Shown piece after piece: positions 10,264-22,633 of a DNA stretch of 64,000 nt. How positions within the stretch are numbered: position 1 is the stretch's first letter; every line of letters begins with the position of its first letter. The DNA is from Oikopleura dioica (lineage: Eukaryota > Animalia > Chordata). The position numbers and the translations under genes are program-made. The stretch lies in the NCBI GenBank assembly GCA_907165135.1, contig OU015568.1:16441208-16505207 (forward strand), in the 5' to 3' direction. The notes under the pieces are model-generated. The model was given only the letters and a program-made list of their open reading frames with translations. It had not been told where the DNA came from and ran no database searches.

Positions 10264-13200
10264 TTATTGATCATCGCAGAAAATTTTAAAGGCAAGTTTT
10301 TTCTTCGATTTCTTCACAACCGGCTCCCGGAGCTTTTCTTCAGCGTCAGGGAGTTTTTCAAGTTCCAAATCGACGCTGGCTTCTTCGGAAATGCGCGAGA
10401 GTTTCCGATCTCTTGCTTCGATTTCGGGTGTTTTAGGAATCAAGCCGCAGCCCAACTCGTCCAAATTCGATTCCGCAAATCTACCTACTCTAGTTTATCA
10501 ATTTCAGATCAAAAAGCTCATTAGCAACCTCGTCACACGTTGTTAACCGTTCAAAAACGATGTTTTCCGCGAGCATTTTTGTTAAAAAAGGACGGAGGAA
10601 AAAACTTACTGCAATTTGACTGGCGAAAAATCGTGGGCTTCGGCGTCGGGCGAGAATTGGCCTCGTTTGAGCATTTCGTCTTCGTCAAGTTTTCGCTGAA
10701 CGGGAGTGCGAATATTTTCAAGCGCTTTTTCTTTCGCAGCGGCTTTTTCGATCGAGCGGGAGTACTTGAATGCGCGCAGCTCTTCGAAGGAAACTTCTTT
10801 CAGTCCCATGTTGATCTCCTGAAGAGCAGTTAGGTTTGGTTTCATAAATATAGGCCCTTTTTGAGCACCCGAAGAGAACTAGTTCAGCAGATTTTAGTCT
10901 AGCTTTCCGAACAGATGTCGACTAAGCTAAAACTACCCGCTGCAATGCGTTTTGCTCAGGCGACCGAGGGCTTACCAGAATTGCCTTGTCCACCTTTCGC
11001 CGCCGGGCTTCGATCTGCCGATCTTGAAATCTAGGCCGTGCAAAAGAGCTGTCAAAAAGTAAGAACTCGCGAGTTCACAAGCTTGTTAATAGTCCGTAAA
11101 AATTCAAATATTGTTATATTTGCAAGACTTATTTAATAGTTTACGGTTTCTTAAGTACGCAATTCTTTCCAAGATTTCTAGAAAGCTATCAAATATCAAT
11201 TGTTAAAAATATCACTTCATTTTAGTTACTTCTTTTTGGAACATTTATTTATAAATAGGGCCCTCTCGCGAGCTTTTCAAACAGACCTCATCTCAGTTTC
11301 CCGCGCAGGCGACCGAGGGCTTACCAAAATTGCCTTGTCCACCGTAGCCTAACCCTCTCCAGAAGGGTCCCCAGACTAGCTTCCTGCCCGTCTGAGAGCT
11401 AAGAATCGCATCCGTCTGAAGTACTCTGAGAGCCAGCAAAAATAATGAAGGCTAGACTTTGTTAGCTAACATTTTTATTCTAACCGTCCCTCGAAAAATC
11501 CATTATTCAAGGCGTGGAAAAATTTTATGGTCTGAAATAACTTACATTTTTTCGGTACATAAACTTCTGTTTTCCATTTTCCTTTTCTTTCTCTTCATCG
11601 AAGCTCCAGAACTGGTCGAGTTTCTTTCCCTTGATCTCCTTCAATTGCCCCTGTCCCTTCGTGGACTTCGAGCTTCCTTTCGTGATCTTTCCATCATCCG
11701 AGTCGTCACTTTCATCGTCAATGGGAATGATCAACTTCGACGCTTTTGGAACATGCGCTTCAATATCCTTGAGTCCTCCTTTATTCCACTTTTCCGCCTT
11801 TGTTTTGTTTTCTTTTCCTTTAATTTTGATGTTGGGCGGCACTTTCTGGCGATTCCAATCTCCTTCTAAACCCGCCACCGTCGTGGGCTCCGTTTTATCT
11901 TTGAAAATAGAAATCGTTCTTGAAAAGGCTTACTCCGGGAGCTTTCATCCATTCAGATGTTTTTATATCTTATCAGTTTTTAAAACGAATAATCGGCAAA
12001 ATAGCTGGCCCAAATAAACCAAATAGCTCACTATCAAAACCGCAAAGTGGATTTTCTTTTGGCCAGAAACAAGATTCCTATTTTCTTGTAAATAGAACTT
12101 GCAAGACTCGAATAAGCAGAATTCGATTGAACGGAAATTCTGCTTATTCGAGTATTGAAAGTTCTATTTACAAGAAAAAAAGAATCTTGTATCTGTCCAA
12201 AAAAATCCATTTTGTGGTTTTGATACTATCAAATTGATAGTGAGCTATTGGTTTATTTTGGGCTAGTTATTTTTATATGACTGTTTTGATCTTTCGTAAC
12301 TCTCATCATGCTAGAGCGAGTTTTGTAAGCCACTCCTTTTCGCATTCGATTTAACTCCACCAGGTCTATCTCCTTGTGGATCGTCGTCCCTCTTGATCAT
12401 CGTTCCGAACTTCCTCGCCGGCCTCGTCGACCTGTTCCTTTGCCTCTCCGAATTATCAGATTCCAAGTCACTAGCTCTTTGTCGAGATCGCCCGAGAGCG
12501 ATTCGAATGTCCATATTGCTCCGCCACTTTCGCAACTCGGCGAGTTCTTCTTTTTTCGCCGCCAAGTATTTCTCTCCTTCCGTCAAAATTTCATCAGCTT
12601 CGCGGACTCCTTCTTCGATTTCGTGTCTTCCCGCCCAGATCGTCCAGAACTTCGCCATGTTGACAAAAAACTTCTTTGAACGGACAAAACTCATGATTTC
12701 TTGCCAGTTCTTAGCTTCGTCGACTGCTCTGGTGAATAATTCGAAAACTTTTTCGTTTTTGCCGAATCGCTCGAGAGAGTTTTCGCTGCGGATGATTCCG
12801 TTTAGGGCTTTGTGTTGGAGAATCTAAAAATACGAATGAAACGATTTTCCATTAAAAATTGTCAATAAGCCGCCCTAAATTGTCAGTAAAACTACGGGGG
12901 TTCCGTCCTAAATTGCCGAATTTTGAATTTCAAATAGAGAGCGCTCGGTTTTCATTGGTCAAAAGCGCGATCTGACAAATTTATTCGAAAATCGAGAATT
13001 AAGGACAATACCTTCGAAGTTTTACTGACAATTTGGAGCCCTAAATCTCAATTTCTAGGATAACAACTAGAATTTTTAGGGCGTCAAAAGTTTTGACTCA
13101 AAAGCTTCAATAATTTTTTCTCGATTTGAGAAAGCTCACCTTTAGTTGATAACTATCGAAAACATTCTGATTCGCCCAAGTGAAGTATTCGTGCCAAATC

Positions 13201-13876
13201 ATTGGATTCTCTTGCGCTTCGTATCTGACTCGATTTTCCCACTCGTCCTGCTCCTTTTTCACTCGTGCCTGGAATTCTGGATCGTTTTGTTTTGCCAGTC
13301 TTGCCAGATAATCTAAAAAACATATTCAAACATGCGTAACTTGGTTAATTTGATATAATAACCCTTCTTATAGGGTTGAGGTCAGTTTTACAGGCACTCT
13401 AAATAAGAGATTCTCTAACTTGTTTTTGGATAAACAAATTTGAACAAAATTGTGTTACTTTCTGTAAACAACAATTTTTCAGATAACGAAATTTTGCAAA
13501 CCAAGCCTTTTTGATACAAGCTCAATTTAACAATTACGGAACTTACAGTACTCTGATTTCTGACTGATTAATTTTCGCTGGAATTACGGTTGATGCTCAA
13601 AAATCGAGAAGCCGCATGCGGCTTCGAGTGAAATATGACGGAAAAGCCGCGCTTCGCGCGGCTAAAGCGATAATTTACTCGAAGCCGCAAGCGGCTTCTC
13701 GATTTTTGAGCTTGAAGCGGAATTCTAGCGAAAATATATCAGTCAGAATGTATTGAAATCATTACGCTTGAAAATTTAGCGTTATTGTAACTACCTGAAG
13801 ATTGCCCCTTTCTTCTCGGCTGAATATTCTCTTTTTGGCCAAACCAGTCATCTTCCTTTTTCTCTGTTTCCGACAT
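10264..13876 (-). CDS. BUB1B: Spindle-checkpoint protein Mad3/BubR1 without a kinase domain
   Basis: N-terminal KEN box (WFGQKENIQPRRRG); TPR exons (WHEYFTWANQN; FWTIWAGRHE..ADEILTEG); ABBA-like and second KEN-like segment (FWSFDEEKEKEN); Bub3-binding GLEBS formed across an intron (KFMYRKN|EINMGLKEVSFEELRAFKY); terminal ABBA-like LAFKIFCDDQ*. Confidence 0.88.
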
Positions 13877-14029
13877 TTCTCGTCCTTTTTTGAAGCTTTT
13901 GAAAATGCGCGTTTTTCAATTTTCAGCGAATTCAAATTCTGGAAAGTCGCATCGCGGGCGGCCAATCAGCGCGCGCATCAGATTCTTTTCATCCCGCGCC
14001 GAAAAGAAAAAAAGAGGAAATTCAGAATT
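13877..14029. promoter_or_regulatory. Probable bidirectional promoter between Mad3 and the RS-rich gene
   Basis: The divergent ATGs (13876 on -, 14030 on +) are only ~150 bp apart. The interval contains GGCCAATCAG (CCAAT box) inside a GC-rich patch. Confidence 0.55.
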
Positions 14030-15440
14030 ATGGGGAGAAGCAGAAGTCGAAGCAGAGGAAGGAAATCAAAGAGAAAGAGCAGAAGAAGGAGTTACAGTAG
14101 TTCCAGTAGCACAAGTTCAGATTCCTCCAGAAGTTCTAGCTCTGATGTCGCCAGGTAAAAAATGGGCTGATTTTTTTTATTTTATTAAGAATATTTTTCG
14201 ATTATTTTCAGGCGCGAAGCTTCGCCGGACGATGCGTACGACCGGGTTGAAAACAGATCTCCAGATCGTGAGCGAGCGCTGGTTCCTGCCTCCGCCGCTG
14301 CCAAATCCGTCGAACACGATCGCCCGCCACCTCAGATGGTCAACGATCCTTACGTAGCCAGAGCTGGAGCGAACTACAAGTAAGCATTCTTTCATTTTAT
14401 CATCTTTTCTTGAAATTAATTCTAGCGGGCCGGAGAAACCGAAAGACAGATGGGTTGCGGATCATCCCTTCGCACACAAGATCGCTGAGCGTGAAGCTAA
14501 TCAACGAGGCGGATTCCGCGGTAGAGGCCGAGGAAGAGGAGCAATGGCGGCGCAACAAAACATGGGAGATATTGCTGCGCGCCGGAGGAATTACACTTGT
14601 GGCGTACCCGATCCACGCGCTCCTAAGGTACGGGAACTGTAATTCTATGAAAAAGATGATGTTCTCTTAAAACGGGGGTATTTCTTTACCCGTGGTATTC
14701 AAATCTGAAAGTCGTAAAAAGCGACGTGGCTCAAGGATGAACAAGGGCACACATGCAAGAACTTTGAGGTCGAATAAGGGTACACATGCAGCCAGTTAAC
14801 GATAAATAAGGATACCTCCTATTTTCTCCTGAAAGGTCATTTTTTTTAATTCAAAGAAATGGATGGTTCGGTCATTATAGAGATACGAATCTATCGTCCT
14901 TTGCGTACGAACAAACCATTTTTTACCTTATTGCCTGAACACCAGGCCTCTACCACCTGGAAATTCGCCTAATATAAAGCTTTCTTGGGACTAGAACGGC
15001 ACTCATAAAATGAATATCAAAAAGATGTATATTTACCATTTCGGCACACTTGTCAATATAAGCTTTTAAAATGAATCCTCTTTTAATTCAGTTATTGCTT
15101 TTGACGTAATGTTAAACGAAAAAAAAACTGACTGAAAAAATCCGAATAAAAAATGTTTTAAATTTAATAAGTGTGAATGTTTTCGTTTGAACCAATCATT
15201 TTTTAGCCTCAAGAACTGACAGGAGTACCAGAACTGGACAAAGTCAAAATCGAGGCGGCAAAAGTAGCAAACCAAACTGACGCAGAAAAATGGAGAAAAG
15301 AGCGAGAAATGCGTTTTGCAAATGAATCCGTTGAGGACAAAGAAAAACGACTTGAAGACAGGGCGAAAAGGAGGAAAGAACGCAAAAAAGCTCGACTTTT
15401 GGAAGAGCAAAAGGAAAAGTTCAAAAATCGAGAAAAATAG
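14030..15440 (+). CDS. RS-rich, RGG-containing, charged coiled-coil protein (possibly the N-terminus of the HPF1-like gene)
   Basis: MGRSRSRSRGRKSKRKSRRRSYSSSSS.., later RGGFRGRGRGRG and ERKKARLLEEQKEKFKNREK. Short GT-AG introns at ~14155-14210 and ~14380-14425. Confidence 0.7.
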
Positions 15441-15465
15441 TTTGAAAAGTCGATTTTTTTTCAAG

Positions 15466-18400
15466 TTTGAACTCATTTCTAAAGCATGTGGCTCGCGTAC
15501 TGCAAAAGCCGCTATCTTTTATCCAAGCAATTATGCGCGGCGAAGTGCCAGAGGATCTCACGGAGGAGCCACCTCCGCCGATCCCGGAAAGGGTTGAGCC
15601 CGTCTTTCATCACAAGTTCAAAGATGCGATGAACCGAGCTTACAGAATCAAGTTCCCGAGGTCGTTCTTCTTGATGTATGAATTCATGCTAGAGCTAAAC
15701 AAAGGTAAGAGAAAATCGCGGCTTTCACGATTTACAACTGATTTTATCGTAAAAGCCGCGGCCGGCTTTCACTTTAAACGATCGAAAATTTTTCGAAAGA
15801 AATAGCCGCACGCGGCTTTTTCCTTATTGATCTTCTAACTCAATATATGTTTAGCCGCACGCGGCTTTTTTCAACAAAATGTTTTTCGGTTTTTAAGCCG
15901 CGCGCGGCTTTATTTTAATTTTTCTTCCAGCAAAATTGATTTTTGTTCCCATGTGATTTTTTTGATTTAAATTTTCGTTCGTTGAATTTTTCGGAAATTA
16001 GATTTCGCGCTGCCATTGCGCCCGGCTCTAAGGAATACCGATGACGGGAGCCACGTGAACTGGATTTCGTAATTTTAGAGGACCCGCTGAATGAACTCGT
16101 CAAAAACGGAATGCAAATGGTCGGTCCTTACGAAGAGCTACACAAGTGCTACACAAACCCTGGCTACTTGCCCGACCCAGAGAAGTGCATCCAAAATCAC
16201 ATGCGCTACAGATATTACTACGACCCGCCGGAACTGCTCGTCTGTATCATTTCCGTGCGCGACCACTGGCATGTCGGCGTCTATAATGACTTGCCGCAAG
16301 AAACCGCGTCCATTTGTGTCTCCAACGATCAGGTACATCCTTAATTAGGAATTACGCAAAGCGTGACATAAACTAGGGAGGTTTGGTTTTGTTCTGGAAG
16401 CAAATAAAATTGGATTGTACAGGGGGATTACCCAAGATTTCATTTTATAAATTTCTTGATTGAAAAGTAAGTGTTTCAAATCTCCTTCATGAAAAGCCGC
16501 GTAGCGGCGTTTTTTGAAAACGAAGACGCGAAGCGGCTTCGCCAGAGTTATCTTTACAGTCTATTTTTAAATTCTTGCGAAGCCGCTCCGCGGCTCCGTT
16601 TTTCTGAAGCCGCTACCCGGCTTTTCATGAGAGATCTTTCAGACTATGATTAAAGTATTCTACAGGATGCTTAGCACAGCTGCTCACGGCTTTTTTCGCC
16701 TAGTTTCGTTGAACTAAAACTTCTCAGTCTCTTACTTTTTCGAAGAATAGTTGGAAAATTCCCTTTTCCGATGACTACAATCTTCAACAGAACTTTGTTT
16801 TTCATGGCCCCTGAAACCGGGGCTTTTTATAAAAATAGACGCCCCGGAAATCTTGACGGAACTTATCCGGCTTTACAGTCGTCCTCTTCCTGTAACATTT
16901 TTCGCAACTCATCTTTTTTATTAATAATTGAAGAAGCTTTCTTCTCAGAATTTTTTCGAAACGAAAGGATTTCCGTGTTGAAAATCCGCCACTATTTTCG
17001 CCGCGGATGACAGCGAATGTATATTCATATTTCATAAAGATTTCCGGATTTCAAGTCTCCGATTTGGAAGGATTATTTGACACCCGTTATCCTCTAAAGA
17101 ATTCTATCCCGATTCCAAGATTTCTTTTTCTAGCGCTAAACTTGCACATTTGAATCAAGACTCGCCAACCTGTGTAAAAAACCTGAGTCAGGATCGTGAA
17201 ACGAAAATAAAGCCGCTCAGCGGCTTTTTAAAGACGAAGCCGCAGCGCGGATTTGCTTAACTACCCATCCCTGTCTAGCTCATTCAGGACCCTGACACAG
17301 GGTTTCTGCACAGGCTACCGAGCTCATCCACGTTTCATGGGATAAATTTGATTCTAGCGCACTGGAGCTATGTACAGTGTAGCAGCAAACATCTTCGGCG
17401 CCGTCAAAATCGTCCTTTATCGTCGAACCCAAACACTTCCTGTACGAACACTGTACGAAGCGCTTATCGAGTACTGCGAGCGGAACGAGATCGATTTCAA
17501 TCGAAAAACACCGGATTTCAAGCGGCGCGATATGCTCATTGTCAATAAAACAGTGAACGAGGTTTGTTCAATTAAATTATCAAATCTCTTTTTAAAACTT
17601 GTTTAGGTCGGATTTGTCATTGAAGATTACAACGGCTTCACAGAAGAGAAGGAACAGGAACTTGTCAATATGCTCAAAACGCTGAAAAATTCACATAATG
17701 ATGGGCTCATACAGATGCATCTCAAGGTAAAGTTACTAATAAGAGACAGATTTTCAGCCTCTGAAATAAGGGGCTCGAAAGAAAGCTGGGAATCTGAGGT
17801 TGAAAGAATAAAAACGACGCTTTTATAGGACATTGGAAGCTTCGTTTATTATTTTAACATTTTTTGACAATGAAAATTAACAATACTTTAAGACCGATTG
17901 TTGTATCTCAAGTTGTGTGCATTTTAAAATATTTTTTTGAGTCTCTGCTTTATTTTATACTGAGTTCTATTCTCGACCGTAAAATTTGAAGTAGATAGAG
18001 CGGAAAAATTTTTACGCAGATTTTGCCAATCGAGTGGAAAGATGGCCTCGATTCGGTTCTTCCACCTGCAAAATTTCCGATATAAAAAGCGAACTTTCTG
18101 AAGGAAAGAATAAAATATGTCAAATGAAACAACTCCAAAGATTTTAGTGCATTGATATCTTAAAAAATACTTAGAAATAAAATGAAGCGAATACTCTTCT
18201 GTAGTAATTAAAAATTGGACGACCTTTTTCCCTTTCTAGGCTCTTTTTCACTGACGTCATTGAAATTATAAATAAACTATGAATTCAAATTTTCTTTCGT
18301 CTAATTTTGAACTAAAAAATTGATTTTTTCTACAAATTCTTCCCCATTATTACTCATTTTTCTCCTAGCCGATCAAAGACCTGTACTACCAAGCAATGAA

Positions 18401-20026
18401 AGAGTGCGACGCCGGAAACCCTGGCATGGCACTTGAAGTTGGTCTAAGCTTGTTTGCCGATGGCAGCCCGTGCTTAGCTGATCTCACGCGGTCAGTGTTA
18501 TTTAAAAATTGCATGTTTTGACGAATTGTTTCAGTCAATTATTAGTATCAGCATACACAAGGTGCGATCGTGATCTCTTCGCCGAAATTATCGACGCTCA
18601 CCTGAAAGATCGCCGAAAGACTTTAGGTAAACTCGTTTTAGAAATTCATTATCAATTGTTCAAAAATACTGATGTAACAGAGAGACCCTTCGCTCTTGGG
18701 TCATCAACCTGTGTAGAAAACCTGAGTCAGGTCCTGAAAGATCTCAAGCGAAAAGCCGCGCAGCGGCTTTTATAAAACTAATCCGCGAAGCGGCTTCGGA
18801 AGAATCTGAAAATTGAGTCGATAGGATATGTGGCGAAGCCGCTTTGCGGCTTCGTTTAGAGAAAAGCCGCTACGCGGCTTTTCATTTGAGATCTTTCAGA
18901 CCCTGACTCAGGCTTTGTGCACCGGTCGCCGAGCCCAATTTCCTCTAAATTGTCGATTTTTCTGAACTGATTTTCATCGTCATTTTCAGTTTCTCGTCTG
19001 GACCTGAGCGGCTCGATAACTTTCGCCAGTGTTCCAACAATGACTGGTCCCGCTTACGATAAAACCGCGGTCGGAGAAGAGCCAAAGGAACTATCAGTCC
19101 AGGACCGATTAGAAATGATCAAGGCGGGAGTTGAACCCGAACCTGTCAAGCCGAAATGGGAAGGAACGAAAATCGTCAAGTAAGTTTTGATAGAAACATG
19201 AAGGGGGCATTTTGTGGCGCGTCTAAAAGGGCTTTTAAAATTTCTTAGTCACGTTTTTACTGCGAAAATAGGCTTTTCACTTGCAAATATCTAAGGCTCT
19301 CCCGAAATCTGGGTTCGGCAACCTGTGTAGAAAACCTAAGTCAGGGTCTGATTGAGCTAAAATAAAAAGCCGCTACGACAATCGAGCCCGCGAAGCGGCT
19401 TCGCAAATATTACAATTCCGGTCTATTATAAAATTCTTGCGAAGCCGCTACGCGGCTTTTCGCTTTCACTCTTTCCGGCCCAAATTTAGTTTTTCTACAC
19501 AGCCGACTTTAGTCCCAACTTTCAAAGGGTTTTCGACTCGAAAAAGGGCCAAAAGTTGATGCTCTCCCCAAAATTAATTATAAGAACTTGATTTTGCCGA
19601 AAACTTTTCAAAAATTTTGGACTGGCATAGTCAAGTTCTGATCATCAATTTTGGGGAGAGCATCTAGTTTTGGCTCTCTTTCAAGGTCGGAAAATGCCCC
19701 GCAAATGGTCCTTGTCCACATGTGCGTGATATGTTAAGATTTTCTCCGATTTTCCTTCAATTTCACGCCGCATTTTTGCGATTTGACTTCAAGGAAGTGT
19801 AAAAATTAACATTTGTGTTAGAACTGGCACGAAGAAATTCGGCGGCTTCGGCTCTGGCGGCCGTCGAGATGCGTTGAAACTCGCCCAAGCGCGCAAGGAA
19901 AAGCAAGAAAAGCTCAAGCAACAAGCTGGTGCTGCGGAAACCGCCGCTGGAGAAGGTGGAAAGCCAGCGAAAAAGGAACGTGTTTCGAAGTGGGGAGCCA
20001 AAGCTGGCGGGGGCGCCGACTGGTGA
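15466..20026 (+). CDS. HPF1: Histone PARylation factor 1 (HPF1)-like protein with C-terminal extension
   Basis: AYRIKFPRSFFLMYEF..GMQMVGPYEEL..HMRYRYYYDPPELL..HVGVYNDLP..NIFGAVK..GMALEVGLSLFADGS..AYTRCDRDLFAEIIDAHLKDR matches HPF1 (LPEDFYHFW..LQLVGPYDIL..HWRFYYDPPEF..GLELGMDLF..LFAEIIEEHL). About 9 exons, then a tail ending KWGAKAGGGADW*. Confidence 0.88.
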
Positions 20027-20261
20027 ACTCTGCATCTGATTGATCTTGTTACTGCCAGTTGTTGTTGTAGGAAAAATTATTTACTGAAAAACTTTGTGCA
20101 ATAAATCAATTTGGAAAAGCCCGTTGATCAGATAAGAAACAAGAACGTGACTGCAATGGAGGAGACTTCAATGTCATTTTTTTAACTTTTTATTTTTGCT
20201 CGACGATAGAGGATCGGAGCCAAGGAAAGTGAAGCATTTCAACACTTGCAGGCAGAAATGG

Positions 20262-21195
20262 TCAGTTATTGAAAAGCTTGAGGATTGAGCGAGGAGCAAA
20301 TGGCGCTCGGCAAATTGGGCAGACCATGGGCTGAAGAGAAGAAAGGCAGTTGAAGCAGGCTTTGTGACCGCATGGATAGATCGCGGCTTCTTGATGCTCG
20401 TCATCGAAGAATTCAAAGCAGACTTTGCATTTGTAAGCGTCTTTTTCTTCTTCGAATTCCTCTTCTTCGCAATCTTCGTCCTCAGAATCATCCTCGTCAT
20501 CTAGGTTAATATTATTTCTTTTTGAAATTCTCTGTAGAAGCTTACCCAAGTCGCGGTTATCTTCCTTCATTGCGTCCTCAGCAAGAACAAGAGCTCGTTT
20601 TTGAACTTTCTTTCGCCAGGCTTTCTTTTCCTCGAGCTTTTCTTTCGCTGCTGCGTGTTCTTCCTCGGCGTTCTGCTGAGCATTTTCAGCGTTTTGCAAA
20701 GCTTCTTTGATTCTCTCGACATCATTCTGAGCCTTCTCGAGCGCCTCTGACGCTTCTTCAACATCCTCCTCGGCAGAATCTTCTTCATCTCTCGCTTCTT
20801 CGTAAATTTTGTTGACAATCGAGAGTCGTTCATATTTGACTGAATAGAGCATAAAACTAATGATCTCTTTATAATTTCAAACTCACATTCATCGTCAACG
20901 CAAGAAGCAGCATTTTCACAGCATGAACCAATCCAAAACCCTTCGAGGGTAAGATCGTCAGCTCCACAAGCCCCAGCAGGGCAGGCAAAGGTGGCATCAG
21001 AATCGTTGAATATTGCTGTTACTATTTCTGGGAATTTCTCAGCCTTGCAGTCCCGACAGAATCGTTGACCATTTATCTCGGCAGTTGATTCGACCGCGCT
21101 TTAATTTTAAAAAATAATTTGAAAATAAAATTGTTAGAAAAACCGTTCGCAAGAGTGACAAAGGCCAAAAAATCCCCAGTGTCGGACGAACTCAT
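20262..21195 (-). CDS. Cys-rich N-terminus + coiled coil + acidic tract + C-terminal RING (C3HC4) E3 ligase-like protein
   Basis: ORF 20852-20262 ends CKVCFEFFDDEHQEAAIYPCGHKACFNCLSSLQPMVCPICRAPF. Upstream exon ~21100-20887 encodes FCRDCK..FACPAGAC. Confidence 0.8.
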
Positions 21196-22633
21196 TTCGA
21201 GGAAAAACTCGAAGAGTTCTCTCTAGCTTTCTCATTTTCTTCAAAATTGTTTTTTTTTGACAGCAAAGCGACTTCAGTTTTATTCAAAAAGATGAAGTGA
21301 ATGGTGAGAATGGGGCTAATCGGATGCCGACAGTGGATTCTCGAAATCAAGATTTTCCCTTTTTTGCGCATTTTAGCCACTCAGGAGGAAGCTCTTATGA
21401 ATGAAGCTTTTTCTGATATGAAAACATCAGAAGCCCATCCGATATTTATCAAAATCCTCGACACGCCGACTGGTGAATTCTGCTTCTGATTGATCTTGTT
21501 ACTGCCTGTTGTTGGACTTTTGAAAGATCAACACGCATGAACAGGTTTATTCCAAAAAAATTATTCATCGTCAGAGCTTGACCCTCGTAATTCTGATAAT
21601 CCAAGCTAGCGTAACCCAAAAGCAATTATTTCTTATCGCATCTGTTAAATTGAGCCATGTTATGAGAAGAAAAAGTACCTCAAAGAATTATACGTGTTGT
21701 TTATTTTGATATAAAGCATATTTTATTGCAGGCTTTTTTTTTTCAGAATAAAAGATGAAACGAAAGAAGGGAAGGCCGTGGTGCTGGAATAATTGAGCGA
21801 AACAATAAATTCTCGCAGGTGAGTAGCATTTTGAATTATCTATAACTTCTCCCTGAGCGAGAATTAATCACGTTCTCCTCCCAGCTTTAGAAAGTGAATA
21901 ATTAAGAAAGTGAGAAGGGAAGAGGGAGAAAAGAGAAAGCCCACTGTGTCACTTGAAATTTACAGTATTTTGAGAGAGTCGCACAATTATTAGAGATCAA
22001 TGGAAACGCGAGAGTAAATGAAATTTCTCAGAAAGAATTAGAAAGAGGTAAGATAAGAAAATAAAGAGGTCTCGAGGCTGTAGTCGGCAACCTGTGTAGC
22101 AAGCCTGACTCAGGGAAGATCTCTATTGAAAAAAATGTATTCGAAGCTTTGCGGCTTCGTTTTAAAAATAGCCGCCACGCGGCTTATCATTCGAGTTCTT
22201 TCACACCCTGACTCAGGTTTTCTACACAGGTAGTTTCCTGTATCCGAAAGTTTGATCGGCAACCTCTGTAGATAACCAGAGTCAGGTTTTTAAGAGAGAA
22301 AATGAAAAGCCGCGTAGCGGCTTTTTTTTTTGAAACTGTAGCCGCTATTATCTATTTAAAATTTTTAAATAGATAAGAGTGAATACGTTGCGAAGCCGCT
22401 TTGCGGCTTCGTTTTCAGAAAAAGCCGCTACGCGACTTTTCATTTTCGCTCACAAAATTCTGACTCAGGTTTTTAGACGTCATCATCGGTACATCCCTTT
22501 TTTATCCCTCAATTTATCGCCTTTACCAATTTTGAACACCCCACGAAATTTCAATCAGATTCGTAAATGACCTACCCTTGTAGCTGGCGAAATCTAAAAC
22601 GTGTACTCGGAAAAGGAATCTTGAGCTTCGGAA

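Noticed and set aside
9601-12827. Plus-strand ORFs 9601-9975, 11459-11869, 11631-12017, 12374-12679 and 12393-12827
   Set aside because: They are antisense shadows of RABEPK and Mad3 exons.
18720-18735. AP-1 sites (TGAGTCA) as a regulatory cluster
   Set aside because: They are a fixed part of the MITE TIR; there is no independent evidence of function.
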